Below are positions 1 to 9,761 of a stretch of 64,000 bases of DNA, piece by piece. The notes below the pieces were generated by a model. That model had not been told where the DNA came from. It searched no databases and saw only the letters and a program-made list of their open reading frames with translations. Numbering within the stretch: the stretch's first letter is position 1; the number at the start of each line of letters is the position of its first letter. The translations under genes were made by a program, and so were the position numbers. This DNA is from a virus (lineage: Duplodnaviria; Heunggongvirae; Uroviricota; Caudoviricetes), in IMG/VR virus record IMGVR_UViG_3300040801_002714, positions 20,436 through 84,435 of that record, one strand, 5' to 3'.

Positions 1-34
1 AATTATACTATATTTAGAAACGGCTGTCAAGCAG

Positions 35-2956
35 TTATCCGAAAAGTGATTCGAAATGACTGTCCGATGCGTTAGTCTTAGACAAGTCCCACTTGAGTAC
101 TCCAAGCAGGTTGTCTATCTTTTTGTCCACAATTGCAGCCTGCATAGCATCTTCATCAAACGGAAGATCAATGAACCAGTCGGGCAAGTGAGCTTCGTCG
201 ATCGGATAAGCAATGCTGGTCATGTTTGTTGCATTCTCTTTAAGCTTGCACACAATAATTTTCTGACCGTCAACAATCTTTGTGGTTTGTTTATCGTTGT
301 GTATGTCTAGCATCAAGTTCCAATTAAGGCTAGCGCGAACGTGACCAGGCATAGTAACTTTGCTGATCTTCTGTCCGCCCATTCTTTGTTGCATAGCAGA
401 TTCTTCGCGTTGACGATAACGAGTAAGATTGTTTACAGCTTTTGGCGTGCCCTTCTGCCAAGGTTTGAGTTCGTTAAATCTCACTTTGAAGTCGCGTACC
501 ATTTCAACTACGTCGGCTTCTGTCTTACCAGTCAGCGTTGCTAGCAGAATCTCACTGAGGAACTCCTGCACAAACTTAGGTGTGTCCGAGCGACGTAGAT
601 CAAGACCCATTGCCTTAACTTTACCTGGCTTGCCTCCGACGTCTTGTCGTTTTCCTTCGTTGTCATACACAAGAGCTGCATATCGTTTTTTCTTGATGTA
701 CAGTCCACTCTCTGCAACAATCTCTCGCCCGCTTTTAACTACACCTTCACTCTTCTCTCGCGGAACATTAAATGTCTCTAACAAAAAGTCAGGAAACGTG
801 TCACTTACGTCTTCAGCAATCTTGTCATATATTTCGGAGACTTGCTCTTTGCTCCACGGCATCTTACCTGCTTCGACATCTTCTGCCACAGCAGGATACG
901 CAGAAAAGTATGTGGAGTCAGTGTCACCGTAAATGATGCAGTCACCATAGTGGTCGTACACTCCGCATATATACTCGTTAGTCTTCGCAGCCATGTGCTT
1001 GGTAATGTTACGACCAGTCAGTGTTGTGCTTTGTCCTATTCTTTGGTCGAAGAAGCGTGACCCTGCGTTCAGTAGTGCTCCGTACGCTGAGTTCAAGTTA
1101 ATTTTCTTGACCAGCTGTCGTTTGTCCCAGTAGCTTTGAATTGTTTTTAATTCAGCAGCATCTCTGTACAGTGCCTTGCCATCTTTCACAGTGAGCTTGT
1201 GCTGATTCATATAATCAATCACACGCTTCTTGTTGCCTTCTTCTATTAGCTTGGCCAGCTTGTCCGGCTTAAAAGTCTGTTGCGGATCATACGGGTTAGC
1301 ATGGTTAGCTCTTTGGTCAACGTCACTGTCGGAGAACATGTGATCAGGAACAACGAATCCTTCTGCTTTTTCGTTGTCTTCTAACTGTGTATAGATCCAC
1401 AGTATCTTCTGCATCTGTTTACGTTCGCTGTACCAACGTGTTAACAGCCCGGGAATAACACCTTCCACGTCTGTGCGAAAGATTGTTCCGTTAGCACTAA
1501 TACACCAAGGCTCGCCACTTTCAAAAACAATCTTGCGAAGCTCGGCACCAGTCACAACATAAGTTTGTCCGGTCTCCATTTCGAGATTCACTTTGGTAGC
1601 ATTGTCGCCTTCTATGTAACCGTTCATCTCCAGAGGAGTGAATCTGTCATTCCACCAACCTGCGAATGTGTGGCTAGCAGCAGAGCTTTCGTATTTTTCG
1701 ATCTCAGATTGTGTTTGACTGAGATCTACTTGTCCCACAATCGTCTCAGGGCTCATGTTCAGCGCACGGATAACAGATGGATACAGTGAGTTCAAGTCCG
1801 AACTACCTACCCATTTGTGCAATCCTTTCTTAGGCGTTGCTACCCATCCGCCTGCTGCTCTAACATCGCCTTGTTTGTCACGCTTGTTAGGAACAACAAG
1901 CTCACGCTGGTGTGCTTCTATCACAACTGCCTGGTCAATAGTTGCTACCGCACCCATGGTGGTCGGAAGAAGAACACAGTTAGCATGGGCAATAGAACTA
2001 CACAGATCAACAAACTGTAGCTTTCTGTCTAGCTTGTCTAGAAGTGCAGTATCCTGAATGTTATATTCTAAGAACTTTTTGAAGTCGTTCTTATAAAGCT
2101 GATCAAGTGTTCCGTCATATGGAACTTTCTTCTCGCCTAGTTCATGTTCTGAGATTGCATCCAAGGAATAACTATGGCGCTCTTCGAACGTGTACTTCTT
2201 GTAAAGCTGCATGTAGTCAAGGTGCACACGACCGATAAGATCATATGTAGGACTCTCTTTGCCGCCTCGTTCAAATGTACGTGGCTTAGGTGCTTCTCCC
2301 CACAGGCACATTTTGCGAGTCTCTAGCTTGCCCAGTGTGCGAATGATCCTGTTAACAGTGTACGGAATATCGTATCCTTCACTGTTCCAACCGCTCAATA
2401 CATCTGCATCTTCGATTAGGTCAAGGAATGCTTTGAGCATCTCCTTTTCGCTTTTGAATAATATTACTTCGTCGCCTACTTCACGTGCAATTGCTCTTGC
2501 TTCTTCCCACGACAGTGTAGGCGGCGGCACTGCTAGACAGACCATTTGATCTATCCATTGCAAATGCACAGCAATTGAAGTGATCGGATTAAGTGCATCG
2601 CCCGGCTCCGAGTAACCTAGGTCTTTGTCGAAGTCGGTCTCGATGTCGAAGAATGCAACATGCAGTCTAGGAGTTTCTCCTGCAGAGTATTCTTGCTCTA
2701 AGCAACGAAACACAGCATTGATATCTGACTCCCACTTGCGTCCGCCGTACTGCTTTAACAGTGTGTTGCGTTCGCTTGCAGTGTTAGGCTGTATTCTTCT
2801 TACAGGATTTCCATAAATGGTTTTATGGGTTCCGCCCGGATCGTCAACATAAAAGTGCCAATCGGGTTTGTAGTCTCTGTAGATTCTTTCGCCATCGACT
2901 CTCTCGACAACGCGAATCATTTCTTCTTTTCTGAAGTGTAAGGCGTCTACGTACAT
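35..2956 (-). CDS. 43: DNA polymerase, family B (T4 gp43-like)
   Basis: Exonuclease motif FDIETDF; polymerase motifs A (DLNSLYPS), B (KINLNSAYG) and C (YGDTDS). The ORF track begins at a TTG at 2995; the ATG at 2956 with an AAGGA RBS is the likelier start. Confidence 0.93.
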   Translation of the reverse strand: MYVDALHFRKEEMIRVVERVDGERIYRDYKPDWHFYVDDPGGTHKTIYGNPVRRIQPNTASERNTLLKQYGGRKWESDINAVFRCLEQEYSAGETPRLHVAFFDIETDFDKDLGYSEPGDALNPITSIAVHLQWIDQMVCLAVPPPTLSWEEARAIAREVGDEVILFKSEKEMLKAFLDLIEDADVLSGWNSEGYDIPYTVNRIIRTLGKLETRKMCLWGEAPKPRTFERGGKESPTYDLIGRVHLDYMQLYKKYTFEERHSYSLDAISEHELGEKKVPYDGTLDQLYKNDFKKFLEYNIQDTALLDKLDRKLQFVDLCSSIAHANCVLLPTTMGAVATIDQAVVIEAHQRELVVPNKRDKQGDVRAAGGWVATPKKGLHKWVGSSDLNSLYPSVIRALNMSPETIVGQVDLSQTQSEIEKYESSAASHTFAGWWNDRFTPLEMNGYIEGDNATKVNLEMETGQTYVVTGAELRKIVFESGEPWCISANGTIFRTDVEGVIPGLLTRWYSERKQMQKILWIYTQLEDNEKAEGFVVPDHMFSDSDVDQRANHANPYDPQQTFKPDKLAKLIEEGNKKRVIDYMNQHKLTVKDGKALYRDAAELKTIQSYWDKRQLVKKINLNSAYGALLNAGSRFFDQRIGQSTTLTGRNITKHMAAKTNEYICGVYDHYGDCIIYGDTDSTYFSAYPAVAEDVEAGKMPWSKEQVSEIYDKIAEDVSDTFPDFLLETFNVPREKSEGVVKSGREIVAESGLYIKKKRYAALVYDNEGKRQDVGGKPGKVKAMGLDLRRSDTPKFVQEFLSEILLATLTGKTEADVVEMVRDFKVRFNELKPWQKGTPKAVNNLTRYRQREESAMQQRMGGQKISKVTMPGHVRASLNWNLMLDIHNDKQTTKIVDGQKIIVCKLKENATNMTSIAYPIDEAHLPDWFIDLPFDEDAMQAAIVDKKIDNLLGVLKWDLSKTNASDSHFESLFG

Positions 2957-2964
2957 TGAATTCC

Positions 2965-3252
2965 TTAGGCTAATATATTGAATAATCCTACACAACTAAC
3001 AATTGTGTAGAACAACATCAGCAATACCATAAAGGACGAGTGTCTTTTGAATGATGTGTAGGCTAGCATTGCTGCGCTAACTCCGTAGAGCAGTAATATA
3101 GTTAGCATTGGAGGGTTTGATGCAGCAAAAAAATTGAGCAGAGCGGATGCTGTCATACCCATCGCTGTTCCGAAAAGTTCCAGGAAGAAAACAAGCTTGT
3201 TCTCTTCCCAGGTTTCTTTCCAATATGCAGCAATATCCTTCAACAAGTTCAT
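2965..3252 (-). CDS. small membrane protein, hypothetical
   Basis: 95 aa with two or three hydrophobic helices. Confidence 0.45.
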   Translation of the reverse strand: MNLLKDIAAYWKETWEENKLVFFLELFGTAMGMTASALLNFFAASNPPMLTILLLYGVSAAMLAYTSFKRHSSFMVLLMLFYTIVSCVGLFNILA

Positions 3253-3527
3253 TACTTGCGACCAACTGCGTCTAGGATATCTTCGATCTCAGTCAGCTTG
3301 TCTTTTTCTTCTTGCAGGCTAGCCTTGTATGCCACGCGAATTGCTTTGTTTAGCTGTGCAGGCTTAAGGTCCATCTCTTCTGCAATAGACTTGACAGTTT
3401 CTTTTAGGCCGCCGTTTAGATCTTCTACTTCTTGTAGTACCTGGCAGCCCTCATTTACCAACTGCTTCAGGCGAGCAATATCTTCTTGGCGAAATTGGGT
3501 GCGATTGTACTGGCGTTCTTCAGACAT
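3252..3527 (-). CDS. hypothetical acidic protein
   Basis: 91 aa; GGAG RBS; consensus sigma70 promoter directly upstream. Confidence 0.6.
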   Translation of the reverse strand: MSEERQYNRTQFRQEDIARLKQLVNEGCQVLQEVEDLNGGLKETVKSIAEEMDLKPAQLNKAIRVAYKASLQEEKDKLTEIEDILDAVGRK

Positions 3528-3571
3528 GGTAACTCCATATGTAGTTATTGTTATACGGTTGTTATGCGGTG

Positions 3572-3600
3572 ATTATAACAGAAACGCCGGGCGGCGTCAA
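3572..3600 (-). promoter_or_regulatory. sigma70-type promoter TTGACG-N17-TATAAT
   Basis: Reverse complement of 3572-3600 reads TTGACG, a 17-nt spacer, then TATAAT. The spacer is a GC-rich hairpin (GACGCCG/CGGCGTC) that could also terminate the upstream gene. Confidence 0.55.
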
Positions 3601-3606
3601 CTGGAA

Positions 3607-4125
3607 TTATTTGAAATTGCCAGTACTGGCGTCTTGGTCGGTTTCGGTATAACCGTGAACTGGAGAGAACATACCGTTGCCATCGCCCATCATTTCTTCT
3701 TCTGGATTGTCGAAGTCAGGCATGTTTAGTTCTAGCCATTTGTGAATTATAGGACGAACGTCCATGTCGGGGAAGGCAGCTTGGGCATGTTGGATTTCGT
3801 TTGTCAGATTGTCATCGTCGATGAATTGAGTTACTTCATCAATTGTGATTGCACGATCGTCAACAGATAGCAGGTCACGAAGTCCCTGTCTTTCTTCTTT
3901 GGTTTGTGGTATCTTGTGAACAGCTTCAGTCAGTTCGCTTTCTGCAACTTTCAAACCATCATTGCCGTATCTCTGTCCAACGGTTTGCAAAATGTCATAC
4001 TTGCGCATACCTAGCTTTTTAAGGTCGTCGATAAATTTGAGGACATCGCCTTTGTTTGTCTTAGTGCCCTTCTTGGGCATTGGGAACGGTCCTGGCTTCT
4101 TTTTTAAAATTTCTATTATTTTCAT
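3607..4125 (-). CDS. hypothetical protein
   Basis: 172-aa ORF. Confidence 0.55.
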   Translation of the reverse strand: MKIIEILKKKPGPFPMPKKGTKTNKGDVLKFIDDLKKLGMRKYDILQTVGQRYGNDGLKVAESELTEAVHKIPQTKEERQGLRDLLSVDDRAITIDEVTQFIDDDNLTNEIQHAQAAFPDMDVRPIIHKWLELNMPDFDNPEEEMMGDGNGMFSPVHGYTETDQDASTGNFK

Positions 4126-4138
4126 CTCTGTCTCGAAT

Positions 4139-4486
4139 TTATTTTCTGAACGAACTCGGCAGTATGTTTACATTGAATCTGTTTGCTACCTTTACGAGAA
4201 CTGGCAAAACGAACACAGTACCTGGCAAAACAATTATACCTGCTAAGCCAACTGCGCGAATAACATCAAGGGCCTGGTCGTTTGCCCATTTTACTTCTTC
4301 GTCTGTTGCTAGTCCGTAGATGTGTAGTTCGTATATTCTCCACATCTCTACTGTTTCTTGCTTTTCCTCAGCAAATTGGTCGCGTATTTCTACTAATTTC
4401 TGGTGTACTTCTTCGCGACTAGTTGGAATCTGCTTTAATGTATTTAGTAAGTTTTTAGTCATCATGTTGTTTGATTTCCATCCCAA
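4139..4486 (-). CDS. hypothetical protein with C-terminal hydrophobic helix
   Basis: 115-aa ORF. Confidence 0.45.
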   Translation of the reverse strand: MGWKSNNMMTKNLLNTLKQIPTSREEVHQKLVEIRDQFAEEKQETVEMWRIYELHIYGLATDEEVKWANDQALDVIRAVGLAGIIVLPGTVFVLPVLVKVANRFNVNILPSSFRK

Positions 4487-5673
4487 CTTGTGTATCCATC
4501 GGGCATTGTGTTAACAAATGGAGTGGCACCAAAATTAGCCGTGGCCTCTGCAGAGTCATCTAGTGTGATTGCAGGGAACCATGAATTAAGATTAGACACC
4601 GTGGCATTGGTAAACTCTACAGGACCAGAACCCACATCGAATGAAAGTGTTTCATCATCGAGATTCAGCAACACCATAATGGTGTCGTTTGCACTGCTCC
4701 ACGCAGTACCTAATGCTTGTGTGTTGTTAGAAGGATATACACCTGTGCCGTCTTGGAAAACACCGATGCTTCCTGCGGTTTGTCCTAGATACGCATTTGA
4801 CACGTCTGCTGTGTCTAATGCGATACCTGCTGATAAATCTCTTCCAGATCCTAGCGCAAATGTTGTGGTTATTTCAAATGCAAATTTACCAGAACCTGTT
4901 TTAGACTCTGATCCCCACAGTCCGTACCAGTCGCTAGATCCTAGTTGTGTGGCAACTAAGCCCGTAACATCTAATGAAACTTCAGCGCCAACACCGATAC
5001 CTATTGTTCTGCGATCGAATATTACAGGTGCAGTTACATCAACTGGGCCTGCTCTCTGCTGTCCGTCCCAGCTTTGGTAACCTAGCGGAATAGAGTTATC
5101 AAAAAGATCAGATCCGTAATTAACTGTGACATTACTAGATATGCCGCGTAAACTGACTCCGGCAAAGTATTCAACACCGGTTTCTATCACATAAAAGTTT
5201 ATGCTTTCGTCTGTGGTATTCTTAAATCCTAACCTGCCGTTATCTAGGTCTGCCAACACCATTACTGTGTCACCTGACACATTCCAAGTAACTGATTGAG
5301 TTTGTTCGATAGGATTAGCAGTCCCACTTGCGTCTGCTAATAAACCGTAGCTGGTGCTGTCTTGTCCGAGCTCAGTAGTTACTGTAGTCGCACCTTGCAT
5401 GATGCCAACTGCGGCTTCAACGCTTGCGCTCGGAGTGAAGTTACTGGTAATTTCGAATACCCACTTGCCTGTGGTTCTTCCTACTGTGCTTCTAGTGTTT
5501 TCCCATGTACTGGTGCCGCCAGCAGCAGTAAGGTCGTTGTTTGACAAAACAATATTGGAGCCAATCGTTCCTGAGTCAAATGTAATCAACGGAAGGGCAG
5601 CAGTCGATACTAGATTCTGTGCCTTTAGAGCACCGGAGCATCCTAATCTTCCGCCAGAGAAATTAAAGCTCAT
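4462..5673 (-). CDS. SPRY/concanavalin-like tandem-domain protein, probable virion or adhesin protein
   Basis: 403 aa; two internal repeats (TGKWVFEITSNF... and GSGKFAFEITTTF...) typical of a B30.2/SPRY-like beta-sandwich; Gly/Thr/Ser-rich. Confidence 0.5.
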   Translation of the reverse strand: MSFNFSGGRLGCSGALKAQNLVSTAALPLITFDSGTIGSNIVLSNNDLTAAGGTSTWENTRSTVGRTTGKWVFEITSNFTPSASVEAAVGIMQGATTVTTELGQDSTSYGLLADASGTANPIEQTQSVTWNVSGDTVMVLADLDNGRLGFKNTTDESINFYVIETGVEYFAGVSLRGISSNVTVNYGSDLFDNSIPLGYQSWDGQQRAGPVDVTAPVIFDRRTIGIGVGAEVSLDVTGLVATQLGSSDWYGLWGSESKTGSGKFAFEITTTFALGSGRDLSAGIALDTADVSNAYLGQTAGSIGVFQDGTGVYPSNNTQALGTAWSSANDTIMVLLNLDDETLSFDVGSGPVEFTNATVSNLNSWFPAITLDDSAEATANFGATPFVNTMPDGYTSWDGNQTT

Positions 5674-5694
5674 TGTGTTACCTCTGGCAAGCCG

Positions 5695-6366
5695 TTAGCC
5701 CCAGCCTGAGTATGCAAAGTGGCCGCGCAGTCCCATGTTCCGATACCAATCTGCATTTTTGTTATCAGCATCTTCCTCGAGGCCCATTTCTTGCCTTATC
5801 TTTTTGAACACATCTCTTTTGAGGTTATCACTCAGCTTGTGAGAAAGAACTTCCGAAAACTGCTCGTAGTTGTCGTCCTGTGCATACTGTCTAGCTTTGC
5901 TAGCACTTGCACCTTCTACTCCTTCGGCATCAGGATCTCTGTCGCCTGCACTAACAACACGGAAGTTATCGATTCCCCACTCTTCGGCATAAGGCTTCAT
6001 GCCGGATTCAAATTCTTGTACTCTGTCATCGCCTACTACCATAGTGACATTATCGTACATGCCTGCAAGAAACTCTAGGGCTTGGTAAGGAGTTTTGATA
6101 GACTTGTCTGATGACACATTTACGCCAGGAAACATCGACTGTACCAGTCGCTTTTTGTATTCCCAGGACAAAGGATTATCTGGTGCTTTTTGCCGTTGCG
6201 ACAAATACACCATGTGATCTGCACCGTCACGTTTGGCCGCAGTAATCACACCATTTAACAGCTTTTCGTGACCTATCGTAGGCGGATTCATACGCGCAAA
6301 CGTAAACACTACGCTTCGGCCTGGGTTCTCTACTACGATTGTGGTTGGCATTGTTCTGCGAATCAT
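5695..6366 (-). CDS. HxGH-family nucleotidyltransferase, NMNAT/cytidylyltransferase-like
   Basis: N-terminal FTFARMNPPTIGHEKLL contains a (T/H)xGH motif; C-terminal SASKAR resembles an ISSTxxR-type motif; late-promoter-like motif upstream. Confidence 0.55.
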   Translation of the reverse strand: MIRRTMPTTIVVENPGRSVVFTFARMNPPTIGHEKLLNGVITAAKRDGADHMVYLSQRQKAPDNPLSWEYKKRLVQSMFPGVNVSSDKSIKTPYQALEFLAGMYDNVTMVVGDDRVQEFESGMKPYAEEWGIDNFRVVSAGDRDPDAEGVEGASASKARQYAQDDNYEQFSEVLSHKLSDNLKRDVFKKIRQEMGLEEDADNKNADWYRNMGLRGHFAYSGWG

Positions 6367-6391
6367 TGTGGACCTGTGTTCTAGTTTTGTG

Positions 6392-6399
6392 TATTTATC
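6392..6399 (-). promoter_or_regulatory. late-promoter-like motif GATAAATACACAAAAC
   Basis: GATAAATA lies 26 nt upstream of the ATG at 6366 and resembles T4 late TATAAATA; the same extended motif recurs at five other loci. Confidence 0.45.
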
Positions 6400-6404
6400 T
6401 GTTT

Positions 6405-6860
6405 TTAGAAATCAAATTTAGACAGATCAAGTAGCCAGCTTTCTTCCTTGTCTGCAGGTTGATAGTACACAGGAATAGTGCCTAGCTGCCTACTCAGAAA
6501 TATCTTAACAGCATTTAACAGCTTTACCTGCACTGGTGAAAGTAGCGACATATCAAACGACCCTGGCGAAACCTCGTCTAGCACAATTATTGGCTTTCTG
6601 TTTTCGTCTGCTTTCCATGACAAGATTGCACCACATGAATTGGGTCGCAATTCCTCGGTAAATTCAGACATGGTGCCTTGAACAGACAGCCAAACACATT
6701 CGTAATTCCTGCAAGGCGCGGGCCTAGAGGAATAGATGCCGCAACCTTTGTCCCAGTATTGGCACAGATTGTTTGCTTCTTTGAAAATTATGTCTGGATC
6801 TGTTTTGATTTCAAATCGCTGACAACATGCATTGCAGTCGCCGCATGAATTAATTAACAT
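6405..6860 (-). CDS. CxxCxxCC putative zinc- or iron-chelating domain protein (YkgJ/UPF0153-like)
   Basis: CGDCNACC motif plus further Cys residues; 151 aa. Confidence 0.55.
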   Translation of the reverse strand: MLINSCGDCNACCQRFEIKTDPDIIFKEANNLCQYWDKGCGIYSSRPAPCRNYECVWLSVQGTMSEFTEELRPNSCGAILSWKADENRKPIIVLDEVSPGSFDMSLLSPVQVKLLNAVKIFLSRQLGTIPVYYQPADKEESWLLDLSKFDF

Positions 6861-6886
6861 GGTATACCTATTTTTATTATCTACTT

Positions 6887-6915
6887 ATTATAGCGAGTGT
6901 GGCTAAGAAAGTCAA
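6887..6915 (-). promoter_or_regulatory. consensus sigma70 promoter TTGACT-N17-TATAAT
   Basis: Reverse complement reads TTGACT, a 17-nt spacer, then TATAAT, 27 nt upstream of the ATG at 6860. Confidence 0.6.
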
Positions 6916-6918
6916 GTC

Positions 6919-6948
6919 AAAAAAAAGCAGCCCGAAGGCTGCTTTTCT
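6919..6948. terminator. bidirectional rho-independent terminator
   Basis: A8-GCAGCC-CGAA-GGCTGC-TTTTCT hairpin between convergent gene ends. Confidence 0.7.
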
Positions 6949-6960
6949 ACAGGTTTGCTA

Positions 6961-9663
6961 TTAAGAGTTTCTGTAAGTGATGATAACTGTTGCAGATCCA
7001 ACTGTGCCTGGTGTGGCTACAGTCGCTTGAGCCTGCTGTGCAGAACCACCGTTTGCTACTCTTACATCCGAAAGGTAGATGCCAGTAGTTTCTGGATCGT
7101 TTTCGGAAGCTGCCATGTAGCTTGCTGCACCGTTAGTAGCATCACCAATTGTAACTGTTGTGACTGCATCAGATGCAGCAGTTACGTCTAGTGTTACACT
7201 TAGTACAGTTGCGTTAGCAGGAATACCATCTGCTGCGCCGATGTTCTGTGCAGTAGCAGAAGTTAGGTCAACTGTTCCTGTTACAGAACCAAGTGATCCT
7301 GGAGTAACCGAATCAGCAATAGCATTGTCAACATACAGCTTGTTAGGAATGTCGTCGTCTGCTGTTACGTTATTTTCGTAATCGGTAGTACCTGCTACAC
7401 TAATTACACCAGTTCCTGTTGGGAGGATGGAAATGTCATCATTTACGCCTGCGCTAGTAATGCTGTTTCCGTCCATGCTGATGTTACCACTATTCATGTT
7501 GATATCAGTGTCGAATACAACAACACCACCGTTCTCAAAAGTAACATCGTTGCCGGATGAAATTGACAGGTCGCCGCCATTAGTAATGATACCGTCGGTT
7601 CCTAAATCAAGCGTACCATCTTCTCCGCCAGCGTTACCTAGTGTTAGCTGGTTATTACCTGATCCACCTACGTTCTGGAAAAGGAAGTGAGCGTCTTGAG
7701 ACAGTGTGCCAGAAGCGTCAGTAAACACAACGCCGCCATCTGTGCTTAGGTTAGTTACACTAAATGTTCCAGCATTAACTGTGCTAGCTGTGTCAGTTTG
7801 AGTGAACACAGTAGTACCGTCTGCAACAGTGGTAATGGTACCGTCGGTTCCAGTATCAGTAACAGTTACACTGGTGTCTAGTTGAACAATCTGATTAGTT
7901 GCAATGTTAGCAATTTCGTCGTCAACATACTTCTTGTTAGGAATGTCGTCATCGTCAGTTACATTATCTTCGTAGTTGGTTGTGCCAGCTACACTAATAA
8001 CACCTGTTCCGTTCGGAACAATAACAATATCGACATTAGTGTCTGGTGTGTTAGTTGTGCTCTCAATGCTAATTGTTGGTGCACTGCCGGTTTCAGCGGC
8101 GTCAATTTGCAGGCCGTTTACAGTCTCTGTGCTAGGGGCAGACAAACGTAATATTGCGTCATTGGCTGCGCTAATAATTGTATCGGCTACGCCATTGGTT
8201 CCTAGATTTAAGTTTCCAGTACCAGCTGCTTCGACGGTAAAGTCTTGGTTACTTTCACCTTGTATACCTAGTTCGTCGAAAGACGTCCCGCCAATGTAAA
8301 ACTGCGCATTAGATTGAAGTTCCATAACTGGTGTTTTACCAGAGCCCCACCAGATACCAGATGCTAGCGTTAGAGTTCCTGAACCATCGACATACGTGAA
8401 CGTACCTTCATCACCGCCGCTAATGCTGTTTGCGGCTTCACCAGTAACACCATCGAGTGCTGTGACACTAACAGTACCGGTATTAAATGTGGTACCAGTC
8501 GATGTTGTGGTCATCATTGTGGTGCCGTCGGCGTTTGTGGTAATAGTTCCGTTTGCACCGGTGTCAGTGATTGTGACATCGGTGTCGTTCAGTACAATTT
8601 GACTCGGCGCTGTAGCAGCGTTAGCAATGTCTTGCACGCTGTAATAAACGTTTGCACTTGCACTTTCGTCATAAACCGGAATTCTATCAGTACCAGCAAC
8701 GCCTGCACCAACTGGCAAGTTTTGAATATCAAGGCCTAGCGTTGGGTTGCCAGCAGTACCGTCACCATTTGCAACAACAAGACCATCTAGTGCACCTGCG
8801 CCCTCTACTGCAATACTTCTGCTCGCATAAGTGTCAGCGGCAGTTCTTACCACAATACCGTCAGCAGTGATGCCAGTTGGTACGTTGAAGGTGTTAAGGA
8901 AGTTGGTAACGGTTACGCGAGATTCAACACCACCATCTAGTACGATGATTTCGTCAGTTCCTGCTAGTACGTCAACGCCAACAGAAGAAAGTTCGTTGAA
9001 GTCTACTTCAATTGTGTCGCCGCTTTTAGCAAGACCGTAACCTGCAACAATATCACCAGATACAGAGAAAAGTACCCAGTCTAGGTTGTCAGTGTTAAGA
9101 GTTAGCTCACCGGATCCTTGTAGTACCCAGCCAGTGTTGCTGTTAGTAGAACCAGCTTCAATGAAAGTAAAGTTACCACCAGATACTTCGTTAGAAGGAG
9201 AACCGTCTTGGTCTGGAGCACGTTCAATTGCACCAGATGCACCAGCAGTGGTTACAACGTAAATACCGTTTTCAGTTGCTGAAGTTTGATCTTTTACAAG
9301 AACGCGATCGTCTACAGCTAGGGTCACGCCGTCGAACGGACCAGCAGTTAGGTCAACTGAAGTAAATGCACCTGTTCCACCTGTACCGCCGGTAGAGTTA
9401 TAAGTACCGCCAATGTCGGATACTGTAGCTGCAAGACAGCTTTCTTTTGGATCTAGACCAGCTGCAACGCTGTCTACGTATTCTTTGGTAGCAACTTCGT
9501 TTGCTGTAGAAGGTGTTGCAACCTGAATATTAACTAGTGTTGTGCCATCAGATGTGAAACGGAAGTCGCCCGCACCTGAATTGTACACAAGGCGGCCGCC
9601 GCCTTTACCGAACTGTACGTCGTCCGCGATTCCGACCAGTCCGAATTTTTTAACATCTGCCAT
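6961..9663 (-). CDS. tail fibre-like structural protein
   Basis: 900 aa, Gly/Thr/Ser/Asp/Asn-rich; internal duplicated modules (IVPNGTGVISVAGTTNYEDNVTDDDDIPNKKYVDDEIA and ISILPTGTGVISVAGTTDYENNVTADDDIPNKLYVDNAIA); C-terminal about 80 aa homologous to the C-terminus of the next fibre protein. Confidence 0.7.
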   Translation of the reverse strand: MADVKKFGLVGIADDVQFGKGGGRLVYNSGAGDFRFTSDGTTLVNIQVATPSTANEVATKEYVDSVAAGLDPKESCLAATVSDIGGTYNSTGGTGGTGAFTSVDLTAGPFDGVTLAVDDRVLVKDQTSATENGIYVVTTAGASGAIERAPDQDGSPSNEVSGGNFTFIEAGSTNSNTGWVLQGSGELTLNTDNLDWVLFSVSGDIVAGYGLAKSGDTIEVDFNELSSVGVDVLAGTDEIIVLDGGVESRVTVTNFLNTFNVPTGITADGIVVRTAADTYASRSIAVEGAGALDGLVVANGDGTAGNPTLGLDIQNLPVGAGVAGTDRIPVYDESASANVYYSVQDIANAATAPSQIVLNDTDVTITDTGANGTITTNADGTTMMTTTSTGTTFNTGTVSVTALDGVTGEAANSISGGDEGTFTYVDGSGTLTLASGIWWGSGKTPVMELQSNAQFYIGGTSFDELGIQGESNQDFTVEAAGTGNLNLGTNGVADTIISAANDAILRLSAPSTETVNGLQIDAAETGSAPTISIESTTNTPDTNVDIVIVPNGTGVISVAGTTNYEDNVTDDDDIPNKKYVDDEIANIATNQIVQLDTSVTVTDTGTDGTITTVADGTTVFTQTDTASTVNAGTFSVTNLSTDGGVVFTDASGTLSQDAHFLFQNVGGSGNNQLTLGNAGGEDGTLDLGTDGIITNGGDLSISSGNDVTFENGGVVVFDTDINMNSGNISMDGNSITSAGVNDDISILPTGTGVISVAGTTDYENNVTADDDIPNKLYVDNAIADSVTPGSLGSVTGTVDLTSATAQNIGAADGIPANATVLSVTLDVTAASDAVTTVTIGDATNGAASYMAASENDPETTGIYLSDVRVANGGSAQQAQATVATPGTVGSATVIITYRNS
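7325..8030 (-). repeat. intragenic direct duplication of about 115 nt
   Basis: Near-identical nucleotide stretches around 7330-7440 and 7915-8030 encode the repeated VISVAGTT...DDDIPNK module. Confidence 0.6.
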
Positions 9664-9732
9664 GAGATATCTCCTTGTTCTATGATTTAATTTGCAAATT
9701 ATGTTGGCAAGAGCTTGCCTACATTCTGCTAG

Positions 9733-9740
9733 TATTTATC
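9733..9740 (-). promoter_or_regulatory. late-promoter-like motif GATAAATACTAG
   Basis: About 70 nt upstream of the tail-fibre ATG at 9663. Confidence 0.35.
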
Positions 9741-9761
9741 GGATTTTGGATGGAATTAACG

